Both the position numbers and the translations under genes were made by a program. Below the pieces are notes generated by a model that was not told where the DNA came from, made no database searches, and worked only from the letters and a program-made list of their open reading frames with translations. A DNA stretch of 64,000 bases. Origin: Octopus sinensis. Its lineage: Eukaryota. The stretch lies in assembly GCF_006345805.1 (NCBI RefSeq), contig NC_042997.1:163122001-163186000 (forward strand), in the 5' to 3' direction. This document shows, piece after piece, positions 11,564-25,435 of this stretch; position 1 is the first letter of the stretch, and each line of letters opens with the position of its first letter.

Positions 11564-14110
11564 TCATCATCATCATCATTGTTTAACATCCGTTTTCCAT
11601 GCTGGGGTCTGGGAAGCCAGGAGGCAGCACCAGGCTACAATCTGATGTGGCAGTGTTTCTACGAGAGAGCAGTGGGTGCTTTTTTACGTGCCACCAGCAT
11701 GGAAGCCAGAGGGGGCTGGCATCGACCACATTTGGATGGTGCTTTTTACATGCCACCAGCACGGGGAGCCAGACAGGCAGGGCTGGCATCAGCCACAACT
11801 ACAATTCCCATTTGATTGTGGTTTGATTTGATTTTGATGATGTACTTGACTCAATAGGTCTCAAGCACAGCATGTCGCTCTACGATCCAAAGGTACTTTT
11901 TGAGTGGGCTGGTTGTGCAACACTGGCATAGGCGACAGCTGTGATCTCACTTTATTTGCTGGGTCTTCTCAGTCACAGCATATCTCCAGAGGTTTCAGTC
12001 TTTCATCATTGCCTCTGGTCATATTTCGCTACTTCATCCCATGTCTTCCTGGGTCTCCCTCTACCATGGCTTCCTTCCACTGGGAGTGGCACTTCTTCAC
12101 ACAGCTCTCCACATCCATCCATAGTACATGACCATACCAGCACAGACGTCTCTCTTGCACGCCACATCTGATGTTTCTTATGTCCGACATTTCTCTCAGG
12201 GTGCTTACACACTGTCGCATATACACACTGACATTACACATCCAGCAGATCATGCTAGCTTCAGTTCTTTCAATCTTACACATCTTCAGTAGTCACAGCC
12301 CATGTTTCACTACCATGAAGCATGGCAGTTCGCACACATGCATTGTACAATCTACCTTTCACTCTGAGAGAGAGGCACTTTGTCACATGTAGGGGATAGA
12401 AGCTTTCTGAATTTTGTCCAGGCTATTCTTATTCTAGTGTAACGATCTCTGAATATCCACTCCCACTACAGACTTGCTCTCTTAGATAACAGAAGCTATC
12501 AACTACTTCTTGTTTTTCCTCCTGGCATGTGATGGAATCTGTTTTCTGAGTATCTGTGGTTTTTATTGCCCCTGTGCATCTGCCGCACATGAAAGCTATC
12601 TTCCCAGTTAATCGTCCTTTGATGTTGCTGCACCTCTTATGCACCCATAGCTTACACTGGGTACATCTTATAGAGTTTCTACATACACCTTTTCTACAGA
12701 TCGAGTAGGGCCATCTAACTGAAGGGGTATGTGATGTGTTTGCCTTCCTACTGACTAAGACTTTGGTTTTTACGACATTGACTCTAAGGCCCTTCAATTC
12801 TAAACCATGCTTCCACACCAGAAATTTCTTCTCTAGTTCTGGTAGCGATTCTGCTATGAGGGCCAGGTCATCAGCATAGAGCTCTCGGGGGCAACCTGTC
12901 TCAAATTCCTCTCTTATTGCCTCTCTTATACTTCAGTTCATTGATCCTCACATTGCTGGACATTGGCAAACTTCTTATCTGCTTTTCCCTTGGCTATGTA
13001 TACCTGTCACCCGGCCTCCCTCCTGGCTATCTGGTACAGTTCCCTGCTACTCCAACTCTTCCAGGATTTCCAAGCCTGTTACATTGCTCTAATGGCTTTG
13101 TCTACCATATTATTCCACTGCCACGTTACTGTAGGTCTGGAAGGGACTTTGCACCATCCGCAGACTTGGTCTGTGACACTTATTAAGCTGTCCCGGAGAA
13201 ATTTCCAGCTACCCTCTATGTCCAAGGTCTGTAGCTCCTCCTCCTTCTCATCAAATTTCTCGGTGAGGATGTCCCTAAATTTCTCACCATGTGAAGGGTT
13301 CTTTAGCTTCCAAATCCTTCTTTTTGGGATTGGTCTGCTTCTTGGCATCCTTCTGGCTTCAAGTCTAAAGTCACTAATGACTATGCTGGAGAGTACATTC
13401 TTCACCTGGGAGGGTTTTTGTATTTAAGAGCAACCCTGTGTCCCGCTGTCTGGCTAGTGGAGTCACCTGATTGATAGGTTATCAGGTGGCTGTCTGGCTT
13501 CCTGAAGTTAGTATTGCAGATTAAAAGGTTACATGCATCACAGAACTCCAGTAGCCTAGTTCCCTCTTCGTTTCGGGAACCAATACCATGGCCCTCATGT
13601 ATACCAGTGAAGATACCAGATTGCCATCCAACATGCCCATTAAAATCTCCAGCCACAAAGATGAGGTCATTGCCACTCATCTTTGAGGTGGCCTAAAGGA
13701 GGGTATCATAAAAATGGCCCTTCTGATCATTTGGTAGGACTGCTTGTGGGGCATAAGCAGAGATAATTGTAGCTGTACTGTTCTGCAGGACAACTCTGAG
13801 CTTAAGCACTCTATCACTTACCCTGACAACCTCTATGACCGTATCTACCCATTTCTCTGCATGGAGTATAGCTACACCTCCTACTCTATCCATGTTACCT
13901 TGCCAGAAGATTTTGTACCTATGTGCCTGGCCTGTGAGGACCCTTGCTGAAGCTCCTCTCCATCTTACCTCTTGTATGCAGCATACATCAATACATCTCC
14001 TTTCAAGCATCTCTACAATCTCACTAGCACTACCTTTCAGTGTGCCTACATTGACAAAGCCAACTCTGAAAACTGAGAAAGGAATGTGAGGAGAGGCTTG
14101 GGGAGGAGAG
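11564..14110 (-). mobile_element. RTE-clade LINE, 5'-truncated, frameshifted, internal RT deletion
   Basis: APE endonuclease motifs (VNVGTLKG, DVCCIQEVRWRG, GDFNGHVG), LYADDLALIAES at about 12845-12880, Cys-rich finger, LRWYGHV-like and GRGRPRKTW C-terminus, (GAT)n tail at 11564-11580. Confidence 0.93.
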
Positions 14111-14977
14111 ATGTTATTCAGCGCCTGAAAAGAAAGGACTTATTTGACGGAAATAAGGACAGAATGACACTGAATATCTCGTGACAAACTTGTCAATGGA
14201 AACATATACTGAAACGTCATAAAAGAATAGTTATTTCCTAGAACATAGGAAAACACCTCTTTAAAAGCGCTAACAGAGATGAGAGACAATAAAATGAAAC
14301 CTAATTTTAGATAATTCAATAACTCAATTGAAATGTAAGTATTTTTTTTCTTTTGCGATTTTATCTTGAGAGGCCTTTTCCTATATTCTGTTCAAATATT
14401 TAGTGATGTTCAAATGTCAAGTTACATGGAAATTTATATATATATATATTTTTTTAGAGGCTTAATGCAAGCTAATGGGTTAAAAAATTTTAAAACATAA
14501 AATACTTATGTGAGCACTTTTTACATTAAATTTTTTTTTTTTTTGGCCTCCTTTCAGAATTCTTAACCCCATTCTTTTAAATATGTTATGGCTTAATATT
14601 TCACTTCACTTATACCCTTAAAAAAGCAAAAACCCTTTCTCCACCCACCACCTCACCTATAAGTTTGGAAATTCGTACCTAACATAAGCTAGAGACCACA
14701 AATGTTAAGGAAGTGTGTAGTGAATTATATCAGATTAGTAAAAAACTAGTGTTTATTCTAATGAACCGAAACAAATAAAAAGTACAGATGAAAGTAGAGG
14801 GACTCAAACTCCGAAGTTAAATGTGTACATATAATTGATAAAGAAGGTAACAGTAAAACTCATGTTTTGAAATCAATGTCTGAACAGAGACAATAAAAAA
14901 GACTTAAAGCTAAATACCAATTAAAGACAAATTTACTGAGACAAAAAGCAACTATATTTATTAGAGACAAAACTTAC

Positions 14978-15267
14978 TGAAGGAAGATCATTCTAATTAA
15001 GATTGGTAGTAGTTCAGCAAAAGAGTTGACCTTTACATAATAGTTCCAAATACAGGAATAAAGATCTGAATATTTTGAAATAAAATAGTGAAATGACTGT
15101 TTGGTTAAATTTAGTTTTAATCTAACCAACTTAATAGAAGAATATGGTTTGCTAAGGAGATCTACTAAGATGGAGAAAACCAGTGAAACATGTCTGTTGC
15201 TTTCACCAAATGGCTTAAAATCTACTCCAGTTTCTATTGTCAATATATTGTCCAAAAAGTTAATTAA
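14978..15267 (-). CDS. MEI1: MEI1-like exon (...RHVSLVFSILVDLLSKP...LLPILIRMIFLQ)
   Basis: 96 open codons ending at consensus donor ca|gtaagt; acceptor at 15267 or 15233; matches SILLILLDLI and FLLILQRLL in order. Confidence 0.65.
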
Positions 15268-15419
15268 CTTAACTTATTAGAATTAACTCACGTTTATATT
15301 GTTTTTTCTTTTTTTGGTTTTAAACTACTACAGACTGAAATTTTGTCTACTAATCAGTCAGATAATCTCAGCTGACAATGTTTTTAAGTTACTGTATTAT
15401 ATATGCAAAACCCTCTCAT

Positions 15420-15830
15420 ATTTGTATTTAGTATAAAGGAAGGCAAAGTGGCTGAGTTCCTTTCAAGTGTTGAGCCTCACAGAAGCATGGTGACTGAGTT
15501 CCTTTCGAGCATCAGGCCTCATAGAGGCAAAATGGTTGAATTCCTTTCGAGTGTTGGGCCTCACAGAGGCCATGGCCAAGACCTCTGGCATTGTCATACT
15601 TGAGAAGACCGGTGTTATGCAAATGGCACCCATTACACTCTCTGAGTGGTTGGTGTTAGGAAGAGCATCCAACTCTAGAAAATTATGCCAAATCAAACTG
15701 GAGCCTGGCATAGCCTTTCAGCGTACCAGCCCAGTCAAACCATCCAACCCATGCCAGCATGGACAACGGACATTAAATGATGATGATCATCATCATGATG
15801 ATCATGATAATGATGACCATGATCATGATG
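15420..15830 (+). mobile_element. RTE-tail SINE (family C) with three ~43-bp internal repeats
   Basis: gagttcctttc..gcctcacagag repeated three times, ggttggtgttaggaagagcatcc, ccatgccagcatgg..cattaaatgatgatgat tail. Confidence 0.8.
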
Positions 15831-18371
15831 AATGCGCTCTTTAGATATTTTCCTTCAGCCACATTGGATAAAAATAATTAGCTTCTCAACTATCTTAAAA
15901 TTGAAATTGCCTAGTTAAGAAAAAATTTGGCAGCCAAATGACATACATCTAAGTCTCTTAAATAGCTCTTTTACTATTGATGACATTGACATCATAATTA
16001 TTGAAATGAAAAGGGAAATGAGTTCTCTAAAAAAGAACATTTCTGCTATCAATCATCCCATCAGCCCTTCATTTTTTAAAAATGATAAATAGGGTCTCCT
16101 CTAGCCACAATATCAAGCAGGTTGAGTAACCACACAGATGCTCTCTTGTTGGTTTGACATAATTATTGTGGATATTGTCCAGCCTCAGGTCAACCTTGAT
16201 CTCAAGCACATTTCAGCCATGATTCTCCCCACTTTGTTTCCAGGAATGGGACTAAACTGAATAGACACCAAATTTGTCCTTCCTTTTTTAAGGCAGTAAA
16301 GTGTCATTTGCAGAATATTTGGTTTGCTAACTCTAAGTGGTTGAGTGGTTGTATAGCAAGCATGTTGAAATTGATAATAGCAGAGCCATAAGTATTGATA
16401 AATTTCATCCTCCTCACTCCAGTCCCCTTAAGTAAATAAAGACATTTTCAAAGCCACTGCCCTTGATGTTAAAAGGTAGGTGAAACAGTTGAGTTAGATG
16501 ATAGAATATAGGAAGCTTAGTGAGAGCTAATGTAACAATTTCTTTGACAATATCCACGCTGTAAGTTTACTACAGTTTACCCCCATCTCCAATGTTTACC
16601 AAGTTACGTACTCAGTATGTACACAGTGAAAAACTAATGCATATTTATACAATTAGTAAACATCCTGGAAGCATTCTGAAAGTTACCAGGACAATTATAA
16701 ATCGACCAATCAGAGAACAGCATTTACAGTTGATTAGGACACAATGAATCTGGAATGCTCTGTTGTCATCTGATTGATTGGTTTTGTACTCTTTTGTAGA
16801 GAGGCAACAGTCTGAAGTGCATGCTCTCTACCTGACATTTACAGTCTCCCACATTCTCCTTTACCACCCTCACAAAGAGATGGAGAGGTGTGGATAAAAA
16901 AAGAAGCAGTAAAAGTTATGAAAAATAGATAAATTGCTATAATAACCTATAATAATCCAAAACTGTCATTCCACATGTTTTTGTGTGTTACAAGCTACAA
17001 GTTTAGAATATATATATATATATATATATAACAGGTCTAACTACTATAGACAGAAACTGGCCCCAAATCCCATATTCTAATTCATATGATACGCACACAC
17101 ACACACACATACAAAAAAAAAACTTTTAAAAAGACACTCTTGTCTAATTTGACTAAAGCTTGGATGTTATTTCAAGCAGATGAAACAAACACACAGAGGC
17201 TTTCAAACATGGGAAAGACATTTCAATTACAGCACTAATGGAAATTTAACAACTTACTGAACAAACAGAGAAATAAAACAATATTAGCACTATATCATAT
17301 TGTCATTAACTCTTTTTGTTTGAAAAAAAAAAACAAAAAAAAAGTATATTACCAAACACAAATACCATAAAAAATTCATATATAATACACTCTTTCCCAC
17401 CAGAATCAAGATTAAAATCAAGTATATATAATACATGGTATTTAGGCTGCAAACCCTTCCCTACTCTTATTAAGAAAATACATACACTAATGTAATGAAG
17501 CTTTATTATTTTTTAGATTATTGTTTTATATCACTTTCATTATCCAAGCTTGCACAAGTCAGTCAAAATTTGTTTGGGCTGATTTTCTATAGACATATGC
17601 TTTTCCCATTACCAACCTTCACCTGTCACCAAGCAAGGTAATATTTCCCTTGGTCCTTCATACATGAAGACCACAATGACCAGACAGGTTTCCTCTATTG
17701 AGTGTAAACTAACAACACTGTTTATATGATGGGATCTTTGTTTACAATTAAGCATGCACTATCAAGATAAAGAAAGACAAATACACACACAGCAAGCTCC
17801 TTTCAGTTTTTATCTACTGTGCGCACTCACAAGGCTAATCTAAGGCAATAATAGAAGTTGCTTGCCTAAGGTGTAGTATAATGGGACTGAACTCAAAACT
17901 GCATGGTTGCAAAAGCAAACTTCTTAGCCACACTATGCTAGCACCTTTGTATAAAAATGAAGAAAAAGTGGCTTATTGAGAATAGACACAGTTATATTAG
18001 TTATGCTACATGAATAGATTACTAATTCATGTAGTAATTATGTAACACTGTATTATCCATGGTATTATAGGTTTTTAATGTAATTTAGGCCCCCAAAATC
18101 AAGATGTATATAACATATGATTCTTTTATTTTTCTACTTGTTTCAGTCATTTGACTGCAGCCATGGATGCAGCAGTTGGGATATTGATGTTTGTATGACA
18201 AAGATGTTCATTTATGACCATCACATAGCATCTAGCCCTTTAGTATTCAGAGTACTTTGTTAAATGTAATGCACAGCTGACTGGACATTCAAACTGTTTT
18301 GGTGACAGTACATTTTAGCACTGAAAGCAAACATGCACACACAAGACCACAGAAATATATATATATGAGGA

Positions 18372-18550
18372 ATGACCACTAAGTGGACATCCATAAGCTA
18401 GAAGTCAACCCCCTATGGTCTTACCACTAAAAAAGGAATGTTGTCAGCTTACATTCTGGCTAAATTTTCTTCAGAACATTCCTTTCTTAGTGGTAAGACC
18501 ATATGGGGGGGAGGGGACTTCTAGCATATGGATGTCCACTTAGTGGTCAT
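18372..18550. mobile_element. Foldback MITE-like element (~70-bp arms)
   Basis: atgaccactaagtggacatccata...aatgtt / aacatt...tatggatgtccacttagtggtcat, with a ~30-nt spacer. Confidence 0.85.
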
Positions 18551-18686
18551 CCCACTTTTATGTATACAATATAATTTTTCTGAATCTTCAGATTTTTCTA
18601 TATGCTAGACCACTGGTTTTAAATTGATATTAATCAAATAAATATTCAATTTTTCACCCTTATTATTTTAAATTTATATATATATA

Positions 18687-18728
<42 letters not shown>

Positions 18729-18785
18729 TAACAGAATAAGATAAAAATCCAAGGCTGTGAAAGATTTCAGAACATTTATAAATAG

Positions 18786-18833
18786 GTCTTGCAGCTGTTT
18801 CAGGGATATTTTATATATCCCTACATCGGAGAC
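18786..18833 (-). ncRNA. Degenerate minimal type I hammerhead ribozyme
   Basis: GTCT-CCGATGT-AGGGATAT(ataaa)ATATCCCT-GAAAC(agct)GCA-AGAC; the cleavage triplet reads GCA instead of GUA. Confidence 0.55.
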
Positions 18834-19106
18834 GGTGTGAGATAGTGGTCAAGCAATAGTTATTCTACAGAAGATATGAAATAGAGAGTGAAGTGGAGGA
18901 ATGAAAACAGATGTGAGATAGGCAGGGATATTGTATCTGCAATTCCATTATTTAAGCAGAATGGTATACATATAAGTTTCCTATACCAGTATAGGAACTA
19001 CAGATACAATATCCCTGCATATCTCACATCTATTTTCATTCCTCCACTTCACTCTCTATTTCATATCTTACCTAGAATAACTATTGCTTAATTATTTTCT
19101 CACACT

Positions 19107-19154
19107 GTCTCCAATGTAGGGATATATAAAATATCCCAGAAACAGCTGTAAGAC
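19107..19154 (+). ncRNA. Degenerate minimal type I hammerhead ribozyme
   Basis: GTCT-CCAATGT-AGGGATAT(ataaa)ATATCCCA-GAAAC(agct)GTA-AGAC; stems I, II and III and the GUA site are intact, core G5 is mutated to A. Confidence 0.55.
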
Positions 19155-19371
19155 CTTCTCTTTATAAATGTTCTGAAATCTCTCACAGCCTTGGATTTTT
19201 ATCTCATTCTGTTAATTTTTTTTATATATACGCATACATTACGTTGGACTCCTCATTTGCATAATCACCAAACCTGGAGCTTAACTATAGTCTGTCCATA
19301 GCCACTTACTCAGCATTACCCAACACCTTTGGGTCTTCTTGACACCATTACCTCTCATAACCTATATATAT

Positions 19372-19448
<77 letters not shown>

Positions 19449-19734
19449 CACTTTTTATTAATTGAACATGACTGACAATCCAACTCATACACAGAGAAAT
19501 ATGATCACACACATCAACTGAGAAAGAGATGGGGAGAGAGAAACATTGAAATGTCTAATGTGAAATAAGTCAGTGTCAAATCAGTGATGTTGAAATGCTC
19601 ATGCTGAAATGTCACGAACCCTGGTGGTATTGTATTAGAAATGAACTTTTTACAGTATTTGAACCAACATTTTCATTTGAAATACATATATATGTATGTG
19701 TGTGTGTGTGTGTGTATATATATTTACATAGACA

Positions 19735-19777
<43 letters not shown>

Positions 19778-20259
19778 TATACATATTTGCATTAACCTTG
19801 ACTCATAATCAGGTGCTTGGCTCTGAGACTCAGAACTAAGCACCCAAACAAACAAGAATGTTTATTTCACTCGTGTAAAACTCTAAGTCATGTGATTATG
19901 AGTCAAACAAATGATGTAGATAAATATGAATTCTATAAAAATATTGAATGCATTTTTTTTCTTTTGTTTCTTCACATACATACATTTCAATTAAGATGCC
20001 AAGTTTTACAAAACAAAATTTTTTAGATATATTTTATTTCTTCTGTTCAAAAATGAAACCATTTTCCCAGACACACACATACACACAAAGTAGAGATGGA
20101 AACTTTCTATAGAACTCCTGATATAGTCAAAAGAGCAAACTAGTAAAAAAAAAACACTACAAAGTCACTGATTTTGATACTTTATATTCTGTTCTTTCAC
20201 TTTAATTTAAATAAAAATTTAGAAGGGGAATATAAATAGTTACCAACCATCACCTAATA

Positions 20260-20498
20260 CAGTGGTTTTCAACCATTTTTTGCCTATGGACTGCTTTGAT
20301 TCCTATTTTCCTCTGATGGACCTTGATAGCCATTTGATGTGTATAAAAATTACATCCTACTATATTTTTATAATTAAATATTATTAGGAATTGCATGAAA
20401 AAAATTTAGATATTTTATATATTGTAGAGGTATAAACAATTTATTGTATGCAAATTTTAACAACAAAATTTTATATGGACCCTGGTTGGGAACCACAA
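20260..20498. mobile_element. hAT (Charlie-like) MITE
   Basis: TIR cagtggttttcaacc / ggttgggaaccacaa; 8-bp TSD acctaata / acctaatc. Confidence 0.8.
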
Positions 20499-21212
20499 AC
20501 CTAATCCATAAAATTTAGATAAGAAACTTTAGAAAGTCAATGTACATATGAAACTCAACAAATAGAAATATTTCTATTTGTAAACAAGAATAATTATCAT
20601 TTCCAATATAGGCACAATGCCTGAAATTTGGGGAGGGGATTAGTTGATTACATTTACCACTGGTACTTATTTTTATCAACCCCAAAAGGATGAATGACAA
20701 AGCCGACCTCAGCAGATTTTGAACTCAAAACAAAGAGCTGGAAGAAAGACCACTGAGCATTTTGCCCAACATGCTAACAATTCTGCCAGCTCAATAATGA
20801 TGGACTCTTTTGTCAAAGCCGACAGATAAGCATTCAGTTTTTTACCAAATCACCGAATGACCTGCACAAATAATTTATTTATAGTGATCAAATGTTCATG
20901 CCACACATTAACTCACACTCTCTATCAAATCTATGTTGTCCGAACAGGTGCCTGCCATACCACACATCAGATGCCAAAGTAATCACAGAGCAGCATGAGA
21001 TGAAGCGTTTTGCTCAAGAACACAATGCCCCACCTGGTCTAGGAATCGAAATCACAATCTCATGATAATGAGTGCAACACCCTAACCACTAAGCCATGCA
21101 CCCTCATATGCTGAGTTTCATATGTACAGTAACTTTCTAATAATAATAATAATCATATTTTCTACAATAGGCACAAAGCCTGAAATTTTAGGATCAAGGG
21201 TTAGTCAATTAC

Positions 21213-21447
21213 ATTAACTCTTTAGTGTTTAGATTACTCTGTCAAATGTAATACTTGTTTATTCACATTGTTTTGAATTAGATGATGATGATGATTATCT
21301 CATAACTTCAAAATTTTGATGATGTGATTATTTATCTTTAGAATTACATTGTAGGATAGGCGTGAGAGGCTGAATCCCATTAGTTTGAACATAAAACAAA
21401 GATAATATTCTGGCCAGATATGGCAGATTTAAACACTAAAGGATTAA
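21213..21447. mobile_element. Second piggyBac-like MITE family
   Basis: ttaactctttag ... ctaaaggattaa ends; related copies near 35655-35785 and 43505-43698. Confidence 0.6.
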
Positions 21448-22229
21448 CCCCCTAGTGCACAACTGGTACTTATTTCATGAGCCCTAAAAAGATGAAAGAT
21501 AAAGTCAACCTTGGTAGAATTCGAACTCAGAATATAAAGGCAGGCAAAATTCTTAGTGGCATTTTGTTAAGCATGCTAACAATTCTGCCAGCTTGGTGCT
21601 TTATTATATTATTATTATTATTATTATTATTAACAACGGTTTCAAATTTGGGCATGAGACCAGCAATTTTGGAGGAGGAGTAAGTTGATTACAATAACCC
21701 CAATGCTCAAATGGTACTTATTTTATCAACCCCAAAAGATGAAAGGCAACCTCAGAATGTAAAGATGGATGGAATGTCAATAGGTATTTCACCCAGCATG
21801 CTAACTATTCTGTCAGCTTGCCATAATAATAATAATATAATAATATAAACATTACTTTCACACATTAATTATTTTAATAAATTTCTCAGAAAATGCTTTT
21901 TTAGCCCTTTTACCATTTTTTAAGTTACATTTCGTTTCTCTTTCCTCACTACCATTATGACTTCTGCACCTCAAAGATGTTTGTCTTTCAACACATGATA
22001 CACATTACCTTAAACAATTTGTTGCCACCCATATGGTATTTCTCAAACTCAACTGAACCTTTCTTTTGCTGTACTACTTAAGGACTTGTTTCCACAACAT
22101 TCTAGAAATAATTTAACTTCACAGAAAGGAAAAATTATTAAAAAAAAAATACTAAAGACCCCCTTAACTATTTTCCTTTATCCTAGGAAAGACTGAGAAA
22201 CATTGTCAGTCTACCCTTCCCTTTCTATG

Positions 22230-22272
<43 letters not shown>

Positions 22273-23201
22273 GTGGGGGAATTAGTACATTTTGGATGGC
22301 AAAGCACCAAGAAACCAAAATACTTGAACCTAGGTAAACTAACAAAGTAAACAACTCAAAATGTTTCAAGAGAAAATCTGTTTTTATGTGTCCATTGATT
22401 ATAAATTAATATTTTATAATTCAGTTTCTAATCAACACCAAAACAAAATATGAAATTCTAATGCAGAATTGCAAATACTGGACTTGATTATTTATTACAT
22501 TATTAAAAATGTCGAAATCAAAATTAAATTGAATATGCTATTTGGAAATTTGTAAAATGTAGAAGTAGGAATGAAGCCAGATAGTCTATTCTAAGACCAC
22601 ATAGTGGTTAGTATATTATATAACTACTTGGAATATTAAGGAACAGAGTGTGGTTTGCATGACTGCAAATTTTAATGATGCAAAGAAGAAATAAAATTGG
22701 TTTCCTAATAGTTCCACTGTTTAAAGTATCAGTTATTCTTTAGAGTTGGTTAAGTAAAATGGAGCAAAAGTAAATAAGAACATTACCATCTGTTACATAC
22801 ATAAAAAAAAGTAATAATAACAATAATGATGTAGACTAACTGTAAGAGTTGAGATAAAGGAATTTCTCAAACAAAGCTATCAAGTTCTTCCTATTAAGTC
22901 AGGCACAAGCAATCATGAATATCTATAATTCATTTTAAATGTTACAAAACAAACAAAATTTTAAAGAAACATAGTTAAACAAGGCAGTAAATATACTAAG
23001 ATTCAAACAAAATAAACCAAGATTGAGTCTACTTTTTCAAAAGCCAGATGCTTTAAAAATCCTTTAAAAAGAAAATCTAACAATTAGAAGACATTTTTTT
23101 TTTTTTTCATATCTTCCAGACTACTTGTAATCAAATTATCAAAATACATTCAGGAGAAATTGTCACATTACCTTAAACACATTAATTTCAACAAGTAACA
23201 C

Positions 23202-23390
23202 AAAATGATTTCAACTCGTATAAATTTTCTCTGAACCGGATGGAAACAGATAAAAGTATTGGCTTATTCCAGACAATAAATTTGTGAGAAATGTTATATG
23301 TACAACACAGAGGAGGTACATACAGGGAAAATATGTAAGTGATGGACTCAACTTTCAACTCAGATTTCATCAGAGTGAACAGAAAAGTTT
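23202..23390 (-). CDS. MEI1: MEI1-like exon (ETFLFTL...YVPPLCC...VSIRFRENLYEL)
   Basis: Acceptor ttacattttgccag, 62 open codons; three motifs match QSFLLSL, RPPLVV and VSAIRKFLEGIPDL; donor position uncertain. Confidence 0.6.
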
Positions 23391-24156
23391 CTGGCAAAAT
23401 GTAACAGAATTAAAGAATATCATGTATTAGAAATTTTCATTTTCATTTTTTTTTTTTTTTGTCGTTTCTCAGAATTTTACTTCCTGTGACACTTTTTAAG
23501 AACAGATTTATATTGTTCAATTTGTTTCAAAACAAAACTGGAAATTGAATTCAAAAATTGAGAATGCTCTACAGAGTTACTAAATTAGGAATCCCAATCC
23601 CAAATTATCTGAAACAAATGCTCACTCCAAGATAATATATGAAATTATATCTACTGTCAAATATGATATCAAGGATGTAAGCTTAAATCATGTAAACTTA
23701 GCTTCCAGACCAGACATTTGAAATCCAAGACAAATTAGGTGCCATGACTTAAATTTTTCTAATGATAGTACAATCATAAAAATATGAGAGAAATATTCAA
23801 AAACCTTTACCTAAAAATATGTATACAGCAATTAGCAACATTTTTAAAGAATTCTTGGCTTGATTTATGAAATAGGATTTAAAAAGGTTTAGAAATTAGT
23901 TTCACATTACTAACCTTCACTGGCATTTAATTTTTAGCCTCTTTCAATATAGTAAAGAAAACATTTTTTAAAAGTAAATTTCCATGTCTCTTTTGAGACC
24001 AAGATACCTAAAACCAACTCAGGCTCAATGATACAAAACTTAATATTTTTAAGTGCTCATAATTAAATTTTAATTCAAATTAAGACCCTCTGAGAACTTA
24101 TATAAGAACCTTTTATAAAGATTAATTATTTTCAAAAGTTATCTCAAACAAATAGG

Positions 24157-24209
<53 letters not shown>

Positions 24210-24265
24210 ATATATGGTCAAGGCAAAAGCTAAAAATCTAAGTAAAAAAGAAAAAGAACAAAAGC

Positions 24266-24270
<5 letters not shown>

Positions 24271-24302
<32 letters not shown>

Positions 24303-24303
24303 G

Positions 24304-24334
<31 letters not shown>

Positions 24335-24350
24335 TGTGTGTGTGTGTGTG
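24271..24350 (+). repeat. (TG)n microsatellite
   Basis: Direct reading; it generates the spurious CVCV ORFs. Confidence 0.98.
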
Positions 24351-25221
24351 TGCATGCGTGCGTGCACGTGTACTTTTCAGGAAGAAAAGAAAAAAATCCT
24401 TAGTTTTACATTAGTATTAAGTTCAGGCAAAGAACTAAAATTTAAATATCAACTTAGTATTCCACTAAGTTGATATACTAAGTTGCACAAATGGAGATAG
24501 AACCAATTAGTAAGGATAGCTGTAATTGTGTATTCCAAAGACAGAGCTTTTATAAAAGAAAAAAAAAAGAACCCTGGATAATTCAGCTTCAACAACAAAG
24601 CAAGGAGTGAGAGAGGGGGAGGAGAGAGAGGAACAGAAAGAGACACACACACACACAGAAGTAAAGATGACCCCAAGTTATTACTATTGCAAGAGAGAGT
24701 TTTAACTATGTTAAGAATGTAGAATGAAAGAGAACATTTTAAAGATAGCCAAAGCAGATGATGAAAACAACTCAAAATTTTTAAGACTGGAAAAATAATT
24801 ATAAAGTAATCTGTTACAGGTGGTGGCAGCTATTTGAAGAAAAGAAAACCCCAATAGATGATGGGTTTTTCAGGATATAAAAAAAATATCCTTGTGGGTA
24901 TACATGTATGAAACAACTGCTTAATGGAATACAGGTGCTGAAACCCTTCAAGACGTGACCTTATTCCACAGATAAGAAACATTTAATATTAATAAAAGCA
25001 AAGTCTTAGTTTTTTTTCTTTCAAAGCCATCATTTTTACTAAATATGAAGAGAAATGTTTTATTCTAGCTTTGGAACAGGTACAAGTGAAATGAATAATA
25101 ATAGAAGTTTCTGAAACCTAAACTTCCCTTTCAAAACATAACAGTTAAATTGTATTTCAAATACACAAAGAGAAAGTTCTAAAATATAAAAATAAAACAC
25201 ACACACACACAATTTAGAACA

Positions 25222-25384
25222 GTTTGATTCAATTCCATGCAATTTAAAGTTTTGCAGGATCCTAACATGAGCCCATCGCTTTCAGGCAATCAAAAGCCTG
25301 AAAGAGACAGGCTCCTGTTAGAATCCTGCAAAACTTTAAGTTTTGATATTAGCAAACCTAATTTAAGGCTTAGTCTTTAGTGAC

Positions 25385-25435
<51 letters not shown>

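Larger units (their letters stand above)
18725..19218. repeat. Large inverted repeat (~215-bp arms), probably inverted Penelope-like pseudo-LTRs
   Basis: Arms about 18725-18941 and 18998-19218, diverged but colinear; TA-rich flanks; each arm carries a hammerhead-like motif. Confidence 0.85.

Noticed and set aside
15292-15334. Minus-strand 43-nt exon candidate with good splice sites
   Set aside because: Stops in all three frames; it could only be a poison exon, and there is no evidence for that.
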